From NCBI GenBank assembly GCA_021835025.1, contig JAKBQY010000057.1, positions 61,358 through 125,357 on the forward strand: a DNA stretch of 64,000 bases, read 5' to 3'. Made by a program: the position numbers and the translations under genes. The stretch is from Thermoplasmata archaeon. Lineage in GTDB: Archaea; Thermoplasmatota; Thermoplasmata; Thermoplasmatales; Thermoplasmataceae. Below are positions 41,766-51,685 of this stretch, piece after piece; positions within the stretch are counted from its first letter, which is position 1, and every line of letters starts with the position of its first letter. The notes under the pieces are model-generated. The model was not told where the DNA came from, did not search any database, and was given only the letters and a program-made list of their open reading frames with translations.

Positions 41766-41966
41766 GTGGCCCATCTAGGTATTGATTTTAGAAATAAACG
41801 ATTCACTTCCATTATTTTTATATCTTTTGCAAAAACCTTTCCCTATAGTATGGCCTTTTTATTCTTTACAATATACCTTATGAATTTTTATTTTACCCCT
41901 CCATTTGTTCTTGTATTCTCCATCTCAGCAAAATATACTCCAAACTTTGTTTTAATCTTCCAATAA
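41766..41966 (+). CDS. Small hydrophobic ORF (66 aa) or remnant
   Basis: GTG start, Phe-rich hydrophobic sequence, same strand as the preceding pair. Confidence 0.3.
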   Translation: MAHLGIDFRNKRFTSIIFISFAKTFPYSMAFLFFTIYLMNFYFTPPFVLVFSISAKYTPNFVLIFQ

Positions 41967-42117
41967 ATACCATGGTGTATAAATAAAGATTGCGTAGTAT
42001 TGGCGTATTTCTATAAAATCAGTATATTAAAGTTTAATAGATATAGTGATTTAAAGTAGTTATAAATAAAGGTAATTATTATACTTTTTTAAGTTAAAAT
42101 AGATTATTATACAATAA

Positions 42118-43200
42118 GTGAATAAAGAGATAATGGCAGATAATAATGAATTGATGCTCAAAAATATATTTTCATATTTGCTTGATTCTGTATCATACGT
42201 CATAGATAAAAAAAATAATATTACGGAATCTGATACAATACATTACAATATTGATAATGCAAAAAATGAAATAGAGAATATGAAAAATGGCATCAAAAAT
42301 ATTATGGAAACATATAATAAAAAAACCAACTATAAAAATTTTCAAACCTATTCTGATAAGATAAATGAAAATGCCAGTACAAATCTTGACCTTTTTTTCG
42401 CGGGTATAAGAGCTGAATGGCTAATGGATATTGAGAAAATAGAATTAAAGATAAAAACCGATAACGATAATGCAATTAAAAATTTATGTGAATTTTTAAG
42501 GCAAAACCCATTTACCGTAAGGGAGAAAATTATAAAAATAAATAATAGTAATGGTATCCTACATTTAATGTCCGATTATAAGTGCACTCTTGATATAGAA
42601 TATACATTTTCAACTGAATTAGTTGACAATGAATTTTTTAAAGCACCCTATTTTGCGTCACTTGGCTATAGCACCAGTATTCCCATAAAAAGAGATGGCG
42701 ACAAGATATATTATGAAGATATTGCCAAATACAGCCTGGAAAATATGGAAATCGATGATGATAAAATGATTGCATCATTTGCAAATAATAATGGCAAAAA
42801 CCATATTTATTTTGAATCCAGGAATTTTCAGGACATAGCCATTAAATTTGATGATGGAGAACAACAGGTTGATATAACATCTATTTTGGAACTTAATAAA
42901 GACCTTGATCGTGAATCAATTTTAAATGCCCTTAAAAAATTATATGAAATCACAAAGGAGGTTGAAGATAACAAGGGGGAACTTCTACATTTAACATTTC
43001 AGAATAGAGGCATACTGAAGGATATGGATATAGATGGTTTCATGGAGGCCCTTCTCTCAACTGATTACATAAAGAATGTAATGAAAAATATACCTGATAC
43101 GTCCGATGATGCCGATCAGATAACAAGGGAATTTATAATAAACAGAATAAATACACTTGGAAAGGAAGCGGAAAGATATAAAAAAATATTATTTGGTTGA
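42118..43200 (+). CDS. Hypothetical protein (about 360 aa) with N-terminal coiled-coil
   Basis: Long ORF with heptad-like segments; ATG 42133 is an alternative start. Confidence 0.75.
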   Translation: MNKEIMADNNELMLKNIFSYLLDSVSYVIDKKNNITESDTIHYNIDNAKNEIENMKNGIKNIMETYNKKTNYKNFQTYSDKINENASTNLDLFFAGIRAEWLMDIEKIELKIKTDNDNAIKNLCEFLRQNPFTVREKIIKINNSNGILHLMSDYKCTLDIEYTFSTELVDNEFFKAPYFASLGYSTSIPIKRDGDKIYYEDIAKYSLENMEIDDDKMIASFANNNGKNHIYFESRNFQDIAIKFDDGEQQVDITSILELNKDLDRESILNALKKLYEITKEVEDNKGELLHLTFQNRGILKDMDIDGFMEALLSTDYIKNVMKNIPDTSDDADQITREFIINRINTLGKEAERYKKILFG

Positions 43201-43944
43201 TTTTCTGAACAGATGGGTAAAATCAGGATTGTATAAAAATGATTTTTTATCTGAATAGGCTGATATATTTCCACCCACAAGTATAAGAGCCTGCCTGTTT
43301 ATCCTGTTTTCAAATAATGATTTTTCTATGTTGCCAATGGTTGTTAAAATAATCTTTTCATCAGGCCACGAAATTTTATATGCAATTATAGCTGAATCAT
43401 TTTCACTATATCCTGCTTCAAGCAATTTTTTAACCACATTCCTTGAATTTGATGCACTTAAAAATATTGCTATTGATGTTTTATGTCTTGCGAGCAGGGC
43501 AAGGTCTTCATTTTCAAATATTTCCGTTCTTCTTGGAACCCTGGTTATTATTATGGTCTGTGTTGTACCTGGGGAAGTGAGCTCAATTCCGATTCTTGCA
43601 GACGCAGCAAATAATGATGGAATTCCAGGTATAATTTCAAAATCCAGATTATTTTTTTTATAAAATGATATCTCATCATTTATTGCACCATATATTGCAG
43701 GGTCTCCACTATGTATTCTCGCGATATCCATATGTTTCATGTAATATTCGTACACCATTCCATTTATTTCATCTATATTTAGATCTGAGGTTCCAATGAC
43801 TGTTTTCGCCTTTGAATCTCTCAATATATCATTGTTAACAAGCGAATCTGCAAACAAGATTGCATCTGCGTTATCAATAATTCTTTTTGCTTTTATTGTC
43901 AGCAGATCTGGGTCTCCGGGACCAGCTCCAACTATATGTATCAT
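43189..43944 (-). CDS. cbiF: Precorrin-4 C11-methyltransferase
   Basis: VGAGPGDPDLLT, RIHSGDPAIYGA, ELTSP..TQTIIITR. Confidence 0.93.
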   Translation of the reverse strand: MIHIVGAGPGDPDLLTIKAKRIIDNADAILFADSLVNNDILRDSKAKTVIGTSDLNIDEINGMVYEYYMKHMDIARIHSGDPAIYGAINDEISFYKKNNLDFEIIPGIPSLFAASARIGIELTSPGTTQTIIITRVPRRTEIFENEDLALLARHKTSIAIFLSASNSRNVVKKLLEAGYSENDSAIIAYKISWPDEKIILTTIGNIEKSLFENRINRQALILVGGNISAYSDKKSFLYNPDFTHLFRKSTK

Positions 43945-44142
43945 TTTATCAGTACTATAAATTAATTATCCTTATAATATTTCTCCAATTATAGAATTTT
44001 CATTTACACAGGAATGATACTTTCTCTGAGCCATCACAAGGAACCTCTTACCCACAATTGGTAAATATGGAAAAAATCTTCTTTATAATTTTTAACACAA
44101 TTGAGTGGGAAATCCGTTTTTGAAAGATATGAGGGGCGTCAT

Positions 44143-44793
44143 TCAATGGGATATGAAAAGAATGACCATATAATCCTTTACATCATCAATATCCCTGTAT
44201 ATTTCCTGTTTTTCTCCTGTAACATTGCCTATTATATAGTAATGGTAGCTGTGTTCTGAGAGAATTTTTTTTAGCGTGCTTTTTGCTCTTTTTACCTTTA
44301 TTATTGCAACGTTGTCAAATAAAGCTATCATTCTTTCCATGTAATCATAATTATTAACTGCAGGCAGGATCAAAAGAGGTTCATTCTTTGTTGCAAGCTT
44401 GAGTTTTAATTCCGCTGATCCACCATTAACAGAACTTATGCCGGGTGTTATTTTAAAGCTAAAATCAATATATGGAACAAGATCAAGAAAGGTGCTGTAA
44501 AGCATAGGTTCTCCTTCCACTGCATAAACAACATCCAAGCCTTTATCAAGCTTCGCCTTTATAATGGTGGCATATTCTTTAAAATCTATTTTTGATTCCG
44601 TATCATTGATGTTGAAGTTTAATGGAAATAGTTTCTTCTGGTCTATATTGTAAAATTTCAAAATGTTTTCAGCCATTTTCAATGATGTCTTAGGATAAAA
44701 TATAATATCTGCTGATAAAAGTATTTTATACCCCTTCATGGTAATAAGTTCAGGGTCCCCTGGGCCAAGGCCAACAACATTCAATAAATTCAT
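44143..44793 (-). CDS. cbiL: Precorrin-2 C20-methyltransferase
   Basis: VGLGPGDPELITMKG, EGEPMLYSTF, ITPGISS. Confidence 0.88.
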   Translation of the reverse strand: MNLLNVVGLGPGDPELITMKGYKILLSADIIFYPKTSLKMAENILKFYNIDQKKLFPLNFNINDTESKIDFKEYATIIKAKLDKGLDVVYAVEGEPMLYSTFLDLVPYIDFSFKITPGISSVNGGSAELKLKLATKNEPLLILPAVNNYDYMERMIALFDNVAIIKVKRAKSTLKKILSEHSYHYYIIGNVTGEKQEIYRDIDDVKDYMVILFISH

Positions 44794-45974
44794 TTCACCA
44801 CCCTTATTATGTATATCTGATGCAATGGAGCCATCATTATCCCGTTTTTTATATCCCTATTTCGCGAAATATTTGCCTGTATAATTTCTATAGATTTTTC
44901 AATTTTTTTAAAATAGTGCACAGATCTCATAAAATTATCTATTGTTGCAGTGTTTATTATCATTCTGCCGCCAGATTTTAATCTCTTAAAGGATATATCG
45001 AGTATATCTTCAATTTTACCTGAACTCCCGCCAATAAACACAATATCTGGATCGGGCAAGTCCGTTAATACTTCTGGTGCATGACCATGGATAACATCCA
45101 GATCACAGTGAAATTTTTTCATGTTTAAGATTATATTTTTATATGAATCAACATTTTTTTCAACTGAAAACACTTTTCCCATGGGATTCAAACGACATGC
45201 CTGAATTGATATTGAACCAGAACCTGAACCAATATCCCATATTATATCATTTTCCTGTATTTCCATCTCCGAAACTGAAATGTCACGTATTTCCTTTTTT
45301 GTGATATTATTATTGATTTTTATGAAATTATCATCACTGTAATTGTTCCTTATAAGGTTCCTCCTTTTTAAATAAACTATATTGGGATCGAGAAAATTTT
45401 CATTTACCGCATCCGGTATTTCAATTGATTTAATTTTTTGATTGCCATAACCCAGGTTTTCAAAAACATACATGCTATAGTTCAATATATTGAAATCAAC
45501 CAAATATCTGGCAATAGCAGATGGCGTGTTTATCCTGTCAGTAAATATTATTGCTTTATTCCTGTTAAAAATCTTCTGGGCAAACCCTTTAATTGGCCTT
45601 CCATGCAGGCTAACCACATATAAATCTTCATAGCTTTCATTGATAAGCGACATTGCATATTGAATGGAACCTATATGCGGCAGAATTTTAACATTGTTTT
45701 CTCCAAATGTATTGACAACATGTCTTCCTATTCCATAAAATAATGGGTCGCCTGAAGCTATTATGAGAATTTTTTTATTTTCGTACAGCAATTTACCAAT
45801 ATATTCAGTGGATTTTTCTAAATTTTCAATTATGACCTTTTCCTTGTTTATTTGATCCACCAATTCCATGTTTCTGCGTCCTGTAAATATTATATCACTA
45901 TTTTCTATCTCCTTAATTTCGGAATCACTGAATTTATATCCTGGAAAGGAGCCTATGATAACTATTTTTTGCAA
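44790..45974 (-). CDS. cbiET: Bifunctional precorrin-6Y C5,15-methyltransferase (CbiE-CbiT fusion)
   Basis: ASGDPLFYGIG, SLHGR (CbiE); ITKKEIR, WDIGSGSGSISI, PDIVFIGGS (CbiT). Confidence 0.92.
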   Translation of the reverse strand: MQKIVIIGSFPGYKFSDSEIKEIENSDIIFTGRRNMELVDQINKEKVIIENLEKSTEYIGKLLYENKKILIIASGDPLFYGIGRHVVNTFGENNVKILPHIGSIQYAMSLINESYEDLYVVSLHGRPIKGFAQKIFNRNKAIIFTDRINTPSAIARYLVDFNILNYSMYVFENLGYGNQKIKSIEIPDAVNENFLDPNIVYLKRRNLIRNNYSDDNFIKINNNITKKEIRDISVSEMEIQENDIIWDIGSGSGSISIQACRLNPMGKVFSVEKNVDSYKNIILNMKKFHCDLDVIHGHAPEVLTDLPDPDIVFIGGSSGKIEDILDISFKRLKSGGRMIINTATIDNFMRSVHYFKKIEKSIEIIQANISRNRDIKNGIMMAPLHQIYIIRVVK

Positions 45975-45975
45975 A

Positions 45976-47271
45976 TTAATCCCCCTTTATTCTTGATAAG
46001 AAATCAGGTAAATCCTGAATGTAACATGTGCTGTTAAATTCATTGCCATAATGGCCATAAATGAAAAATTTTTTTGGCTTTAATGTATTTTCAATCCGGT
46101 CGATCATTTTATAGGATTCGTCTGCAAAAATTATGTAATCTGATTTTTCTATTATATCAATAATATAATCATTTATTTCTATGCCACTGCGTGAAATCAT
46201 ATTTATGCTATCATGATGTCCATCTATCCCAATCAAAATATCATCATTCTTGATGCTGTAATTTGAGTAATCTGTATGTGAAAATATACCATATCTTTCA
46301 ATATATTCTGGTCTATCAGTGATAATATCACCCAGATCTCTCAGATCAATATGATTCTCCATTAAAAAATTAAAAAAATGCTTTAAATACCTGTGATTGA
46401 TGACAATATTTTTGCCGGTTATTCTCTTTTTATTTATCTTATTATAATATATATCTGAATACCGGATATTCAGAACACTAAAACTATTATTCAGAATGTC
46501 ATTATTTATCTTCTCAATTTCGTAGAATATTAAAAGTTTTTTATAATTTCTATTTTTTATTCCAAATTTCCCATAGTAATCAACGACCCTTCCAATAATT
46601 ATCAATGCGGGATATTCATTATATTCATAGTTTATTTTTTCAAGTGTGCCGGTATATACTTTCTGATGCGGATAGGTGCCATTTTCAACTATCGCCATGG
46701 ATGTATTTTTATTAAATCCCATTGAAATTAATTTGTTTCGTATCATATCAACATGTTTTGACCCCATGAAAATCACAAGGGTGTAAGTATCTTTTAATTC
46801 ATTTTCCAGAACGGGGATGTTTAAATTTTCAACATTGTGCCCTGTGGCGGCTATAATTCCATGGCTTATTTCCCTGTGTGTAAGAGGTATTCCTGCGTAT
46901 TCAGGAACCCCTATTAATGATGATATACCAGGTACAAGCCCATATTCAATTCCGTGATCGAATAATACCTCAGCTTCTTCTCCACCCCTTCCGAATAGAA
47001 AGGGGTCTCCACCCTTCAATCTTGCGACCAGGCTGAATTTATTTGCACTGTCAATAAGGATATTATTTATTTCATGTTGTCTTATGGTTGACTTATATGG
47101 CCTCTTACCCACGTAAATACGTTTGCATCCATTTTTTAATTCATTCATGATTTCAGGGTTTATCAGATGATCGTAAACCACAACGTCTGCTTTTTTCAGT
47201 ATCTCAATGGCCATTGAGGTTAATAGGCCAGAATTGCCAGGTCCTGTACCGATTAAATAAACTTTGCCCAT
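45976..47271 (-). CDS. cobA: Uroporphyrinogen-III C-methyltransferase with degenerate HemD-like C-terminal domain
   Basis: GTGPGN, RLKGGDPFLFGRGGEE, VPGISS, PLTHR; about 190-aa extension with FFNFLME..IDLRDL, reminiscent of CobA-HemD fusions. Confidence 0.88.
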   Translation of the reverse strand: MGKVYLIGTGPGNSGLLTSMAIEILKKADVVVYDHLINPEIMNELKNGCKRIYVGKRPYKSTIRQHEINNILIDSANKFSLVARLKGGDPFLFGRGGEEAEVLFDHGIEYGLVPGISSLIGVPEYAGIPLTHREISHGIIAATGHNVENLNIPVLENELKDTYTLVIFMGSKHVDMIRNKLISMGFNKNTSMAIVENGTYPHQKVYTGTLEKINYEYNEYPALIIIGRVVDYYGKFGIKNRNYKKLLIFYEIEKINNDILNNSFSVLNIRYSDIYYNKINKKRITGKNIVINHRYLKHFFNFLMENHIDLRDLGDIITDRPEYIERYGIFSHTDYSNYSIKNDDILIGIDGHHDSINMISRSGIEINDYIIDIIEKSDYIIFADESYKMIDRIENTLKPKKFFIYGHYGNEFNSTCYIQDLPDFLSRIKGD

Positions 47272-47492
47272 TAAAGGATAATATCTTTACCATATTTGAT
47301 TTTATGTTTGATTGGTTATATTAAAATATACTTCGTGACTTTTGACATATTTATATTATGGTGGCCCCACTTTCATTTAGTCAACTTGATAGTAGACTTT
47401 TGCTGGTTCCATATTGTGCAATGATGAATGTGCCTTTAAAGGAAATTACCGTAAAACCGGGCTAAAAAAATAAGGTTATTGCAAATTAAATG

Positions 47493-48779
47493 TCACATTG
47501 ACTTTGCAATATTAAGCAATTTTAAGGCCCCTTCTTCGGTTAACCTCGCAACCAGATATTTTTCGCTCAATAATTTCAGGCCATCATTGGTGCCATTAAT
47601 CATTACCGTTATTATTTTTAAATCTATTTTGGAAATCAGCTTTTCAACAATAGCTGGATTAACCTTATCTTCACCGTCTGTGATAATTATAATTGTATTT
47701 GTTTTTTGGGACATGCCATGAATCTGTATATCTTCAATTGCCTTCACAAGAGCACATTCGATGCATGTTCCCTTATTGGCTTCCACTGTTAAAATATTGT
47801 TCACAACATCGTATGGTTCCTTAACGAGATCATAGGGTTTATTATCAAAAAATCTGAAGAAATATTTCCTGTTTTTTGCCATTGCCAGTTTGAATAATGC
47901 AAGAGCAACAGACCTGGACCATACCATTTTATCAGCCTCGTACATGCTTCCGCTTTTATCAAGCAAAACATAATATGACCCTTCACTCAGGAGAACCCTT
48001 TCTTTTCCCGTAAAACCATTTATTATTTTTGAATAAAATATTTCATCAGGCAATGCAAGTTCTCTCGATAGAACATTCGATATATTTTTCGTTTTATAAT
48101 ACCCTCCAAGTTCACCAATGTTTGAACGGGTTCTCATTTTTTTGGAGAATTTTGGCATGATATCAAATAATTTATTTGCCATTGAAATTATTTTCTCTGT
48201 ATTCTGCACATTAATAATTCTATCAGATAAATCCATCAATTTATCAATACCAATATCATCATGGGATGCCAGTTTCCCACCAGGCCTGTTGGTTTTTATA
48301 AGTTTTTCCAGTTGATTTGTTTTTTTTGTTTTTTCCTCCGATTCGGACATTGCTTTTCCTATCATATCCTTCATGGTATTCTGACCTACGTTTTCATTTT
48401 CATTTTCATTTTTTTTGATTTGTTCTTTAAGCTGTTTAACAAAGTTTATACTGTAAATCATTGAAATTCTATCATTTAACCGTGAATATGACCTCATTTT
48501 GCTAAATTCCGGGGTTTGTACATAATTATTCAACTGGGTTCTTACATTTTCAAGGAAAGCATCGTCATTTTTATTTTCCTTTATGGATGCAATATTTGAA
48601 TAATAAAGAAAATACAGATCTGCAGCGGAGGTTTTAATGTCCTCCCCAAGTTTGTTGTTTAAATTGAGTTCCCCTGAATACCTAACTATCCTTTCGCGTG
48701 TTGTTTTATACAATTTTCCATTTGCATTTATTCCTGTTAAATTGCTTTTTGAATTTTTATCAGATAATCCAGGTATCAT
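47493..48779 (-). CDS. VWA-domain protein (ViaA-like partner of MoxR ATPase)
   Basis: MIDAS motif LLDKSGSM, GTCI, IIITDGED. Confidence 0.88.
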   Translation of the reverse strand: MIPGLSDKNSKSNLTGINANGKLYKTTRERIVRYSGELNLNNKLGEDIKTSAADLYFLYYSNIASIKENKNDDAFLENVRTQLNNYVQTPEFSKMRSYSRLNDRISMIYSINFVKQLKEQIKKNENENENVGQNTMKDMIGKAMSESEEKTKKTNQLEKLIKTNRPGGKLASHDDIGIDKLMDLSDRIINVQNTEKIISMANKLFDIMPKFSKKMRTRSNIGELGGYYKTKNISNVLSRELALPDEIFYSKIINGFTGKERVLLSEGSYYVLLDKSGSMYEADKMVWSRSVALALFKLAMAKNRKYFFRFFDNKPYDLVKEPYDVVNNILTVEANKGTCIECALVKAIEDIQIHGMSQKTNTIIIITDGEDKVNPAIVEKLISKIDLKIITVMINGTNDGLKLLSEKYLVARLTEEGALKLLNIAKSM

Positions 48780-48783
48780 ATAA

Positions 48784-49950
48784 CTACCTTCCTTTCAATT
48801 TTTCATATTTTGAACCAGCAAAATCCAGTGTTGAATTTATTCTAGCAACTATTTCCCTGTGATATGGATTATTATCCGTTCCAATATCTATTTTCATTTC
48901 TTCAAGTTTTTTAATGAATATTTCTAAAAGATTCAATTTATCAAGCACCTCATTGTACGGTGAATTTTTGTGGATGGAATCCTCTGCACTAGTGATTAGT
49001 GACCTGGTTTCCTCAATTATTGTATTCGCTTTTTGAATGATTTCAGACTTATTTTCCAGTTTCGAGTCAATAATTGCAGCCTCGATTTTTGGGCCATCAT
49101 CCTCGGAGTCTGCACTGTACCTCATCGCCATGGCTATATCGTTACCGGTAACATTTACTGAATTCATGAGAATACTGAAAGCAGAGGCAATCTTCAATAA
49201 CTTTATCTTTCTTCTGTCACTCAATATCACATTGTTTTCTTCAAGTTGGAAGAGTGCATCTGTATATTTATCAAGAATATCCGGGTTGTTTCTTTTCAAT
49301 ATTGCAAGTCTATTTATGGCATCATTTTGAAGATTGATTATCTCCTCCACATCAAGTACCGGTTTTACTTCACTGTTCTCGTTCATCAGGTCGATCCCAC
49401 GATCAAGAAGATCATTCATAAGGGTTTTTTCAATATAGTTATGGAATACCTTTACGGGGTATCTATCATATAATGCCCTATCCTCCTCATCGTTTGATAT
49501 CTCATTGCTTGCAGAATATATGCCAAGAATGTCCAAGGAAAGCATCCGATTGCCGTTTGGCAATCTCCTGTTCAGCATTATATCAAGTAAAGTATTTCTT
49601 ATGGCGGAACTGGCCTTAAAAACTTCATCAAGAAATATGATATTTGCGTCTGGTAGTTTTCCCTTTGTGATATTTCTGTATTCTCCAGCTTTCAGGGCAT
49701 TTATGTCTATGGGTCCAAGGAGTTCTTCCGGTTCGGTGAATTTTGTCAGCAGATAATAAAAATATTTTGCATTAACGAGCTTGCTCAGTGTATCTATAAT
49801 AGAGGTTTTTGCTGTTCCAGGTGGGCCTATAAGCAATGTGGGCTCGCTTGCTATTAACCCCGCAAGAACGCCATTTATCACATCATCCCTTCCAACAAAA
49901 TTATTTGACATAAACTGCTTTACTTCAGTTATTTTATTCGTATACATCAT
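48784..49950 (-). CDS. MoxR/RavA-family AAA+ ATPase
   Basis: GPPGTAKT, LLTKFTEPEELLGP, IFLDEVFKASSAIRNTLL, ASNE, LYDRY, LSDRR. Confidence 0.92.
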   Translation of the reverse strand: MMYTNKITEVKQFMSNNFVGRDDVINGVLAGLIASEPTLLIGPPGTAKTSIIDTLSKLVNAKYFYYLLTKFTEPEELLGPIDINALKAGEYRNITKGKLPDANIIFLDEVFKASSAIRNTLLDIMLNRRLPNGNRMLSLDILGIYSASNEISNDEEDRALYDRYPVKVFHNYIEKTLMNDLLDRGIDLMNENSEVKPVLDVEEIINLQNDAINRLAILKRNNPDILDKYTDALFQLEENNVILSDRRKIKLLKIASAFSILMNSVNVTGNDIAMAMRYSADSEDDGPKIEAAIIDSKLENKSEIIQKANTIIEETRSLITSAEDSIHKNSPYNEVLDKLNLLEIFIKKLEEMKIDIGTDNNPYHREIVARINSTLDFAGSKYEKLKGR

Positions 49951-50025
49951 TTGGTATAATAATTAAAACAGTGTAATATAAATATTTCGGAAAATCATAA
50001 GATATTTTAATGAAATTGCAGAAAA

Positions 50026-51666
50026 TTATGATTTGTTATTTGGGCTATCAGCATTCTCCGGGTCTTTTTGTTCATCTCCCGAAGAATCATTTTCATCAAG
50101 TTCATGTGGTTCAGGATTCCTGGGCCTTTTATTGAATGAGATTAGTGCAATGCCTAGCACAACAAAAAATATTAAATAATAGAAATAATATTTTTCAAAG
50201 TTCAACAGTAATGGATTTCCATGGAAACCTATATTTATCACAATTGTTTTTCCTGTTTCATTAAATGATCCTGTTTTGTTTTTAATGCTATATCCAAATT
50301 CTCCCGATACCCTATAACTGTAAGTCCCATTGTACTCATAAAAAATGATTTTATTATTGTATGATGAGAGGGTCATATTATTTACCGTTATTTCCCAGAA
50401 GGTATTGTTAAGAATGCCTTTCCCATCAAATATTACTGGATATATTGGTTTTATGCTCGATGAGTTTGTACTCCCCTCCTTAATCGAGAGATTGGTCGAG
50501 TATATCAACTGATTATACGAGGAATATAGGGATATATTGTAGATTCCTGGCAGAAGTGTTAAATTCAGCCTATCATTTTTAAAATTATACCTTTCATTGT
50601 TAACCATGATGTATCCTGATATTATGTAATTCGCAGTTAAATTATAAAAGGATAAATTATTTTTATTGTATAATTGATATAAACTGCCGGTTCCGTTTAC
50701 TACATATGCCCCCGGAAAGGACGTATCTGCAGTCACATTTACATTGCTTATTGTTTCGGCAGTGGACGAGCCAAAATCATATGTATTTGAAACTGCCTGG
50801 TAATTGTGGCCATTCCAATACTCTAGTTGCATTGTCAGGTTTGACGATATGGCCTTTGTACTTTTTCCATCCCCTGGACCGCCAAGTATTAATTCTGCAT
50901 CGCATATATTGTTCTGGGGATCGTAATGGTGTCCTTGTACAACAAAATTTTGGTCCTTCACAACATTGTTTGCAAAGGTAAAATTGATATTGTCATATTT
51001 TGTCCATCCATTACCGGAATTGTAGTACATGTAAACATGTGGGTAACCATTTACCAGTGCTGATGTTGCCCTGAGTTCAATATATTTTGAATTCAAAACA
51101 CTGTTTATTTGATATTCATAATATCCTTGTCCTTTATAAGTATATACTGACCCGTTTCCAGCAAGGCTGTTTGAATAAATTGATGGGTTGTTGTTAGTTG
51201 TCTGATTCCATATGTTATCAAGTATAAATATAGAAGGGGTGCTATGAGCAGTATTTAAAACGGCAACATTCTGTATCCAGTAAATATATGTTTTACCGTT
51301 ATATGTAAAATTCAGATGAAGGTTCAACTGTATTGAGGCCTCTGTTTTTTCTGAACCGGATAGGGACGAATTATATGTTTTGAAATTTGCAATTTTTACA
51401 ATACCGGTAAACGATGTTGTATTCATGGAATATGGTGAGCCACCTGGACCCAACCCGAAATCTCCAATTCCCATTGGAGCCGGTTCATTTTTATATTTCA
51501 CATATGGATTAACACTATGCCTTGAACCTGTACTTAAAGGAAGGTTTTTAAAATTCCCACCTGTATTGTTCCTGTAGGTATTATCCTGATAGGAAATAAA
51601 AACAAATGAAAACACCATTATCAAAATTATAAGAATTGTTAATATTTTGATTTTCACATTTATCAT
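50026..51666 (-). CDS. Thermopsin-family (peptidase A5) precursor with C-terminal TM anchor
   Basis: EPAPMGIGDFG, ASIQLN, YWIQNV, LDNIWN, DAELILGGPGDG, YWNG, GSSTAET. Confidence 0.9.
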   Translation of the reverse strand: MINVKIKILTILIILIMVFSFVFISYQDNTYRNNTGGNFKNLPLSTGSRHSVNPYVKYKNEPAPMGIGDFGLGPGGSPYSMNTTSFTGIVKIANFKTYNSSLSGSEKTEASIQLNLHLNFTYNGKTYIYWIQNVAVLNTAHSTPSIFILDNIWNQTTNNNPSIYSNSLAGNGSVYTYKGQGYYEYQINSVLNSKYIELRATSALVNGYPHVYMYYNSGNGWTKYDNINFTFANNVVKDQNFVVQGHHYDPQNNICDAELILGGPGDGKSTKAISSNLTMQLEYWNGHNYQAVSNTYDFGSSTAETISNVNVTADTSFPGAYVVNGTGSLYQLYNKNNLSFYNLTANYIISGYIMVNNERYNFKNDRLNLTLLPGIYNISLYSSYNQLIYSTNLSIKEGSTNSSSIKPIYPVIFDGKGILNNTFWEITVNNMTLSSYNNKIIFYEYNGTYSYRVSGEFGYSIKNKTGSFNETGKTIVINIGFHGNPLLLNFEKYYFYYLIFFVVLGIALISFNKRPRNPEPHELDENDSSGDEQKDPENADSPNNKS

Positions 51667-51685
51667 AATGAAAACTATTATTAAA

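Noticed and set aside
47272-47492. Cobalamin riboswitch or C/D-box RNA upstream of cobA (ATGATGA at about 47421)
   Set aside because: No B12-box elements and no CTGA D box at the expected spacing.
48385-48420. (TTTTCA)x3 microsatellite in the VWA gene
   Set aside because: A 6-bp unit encoding NENENEN; length changes keep the frame, so it is not a phase switch.
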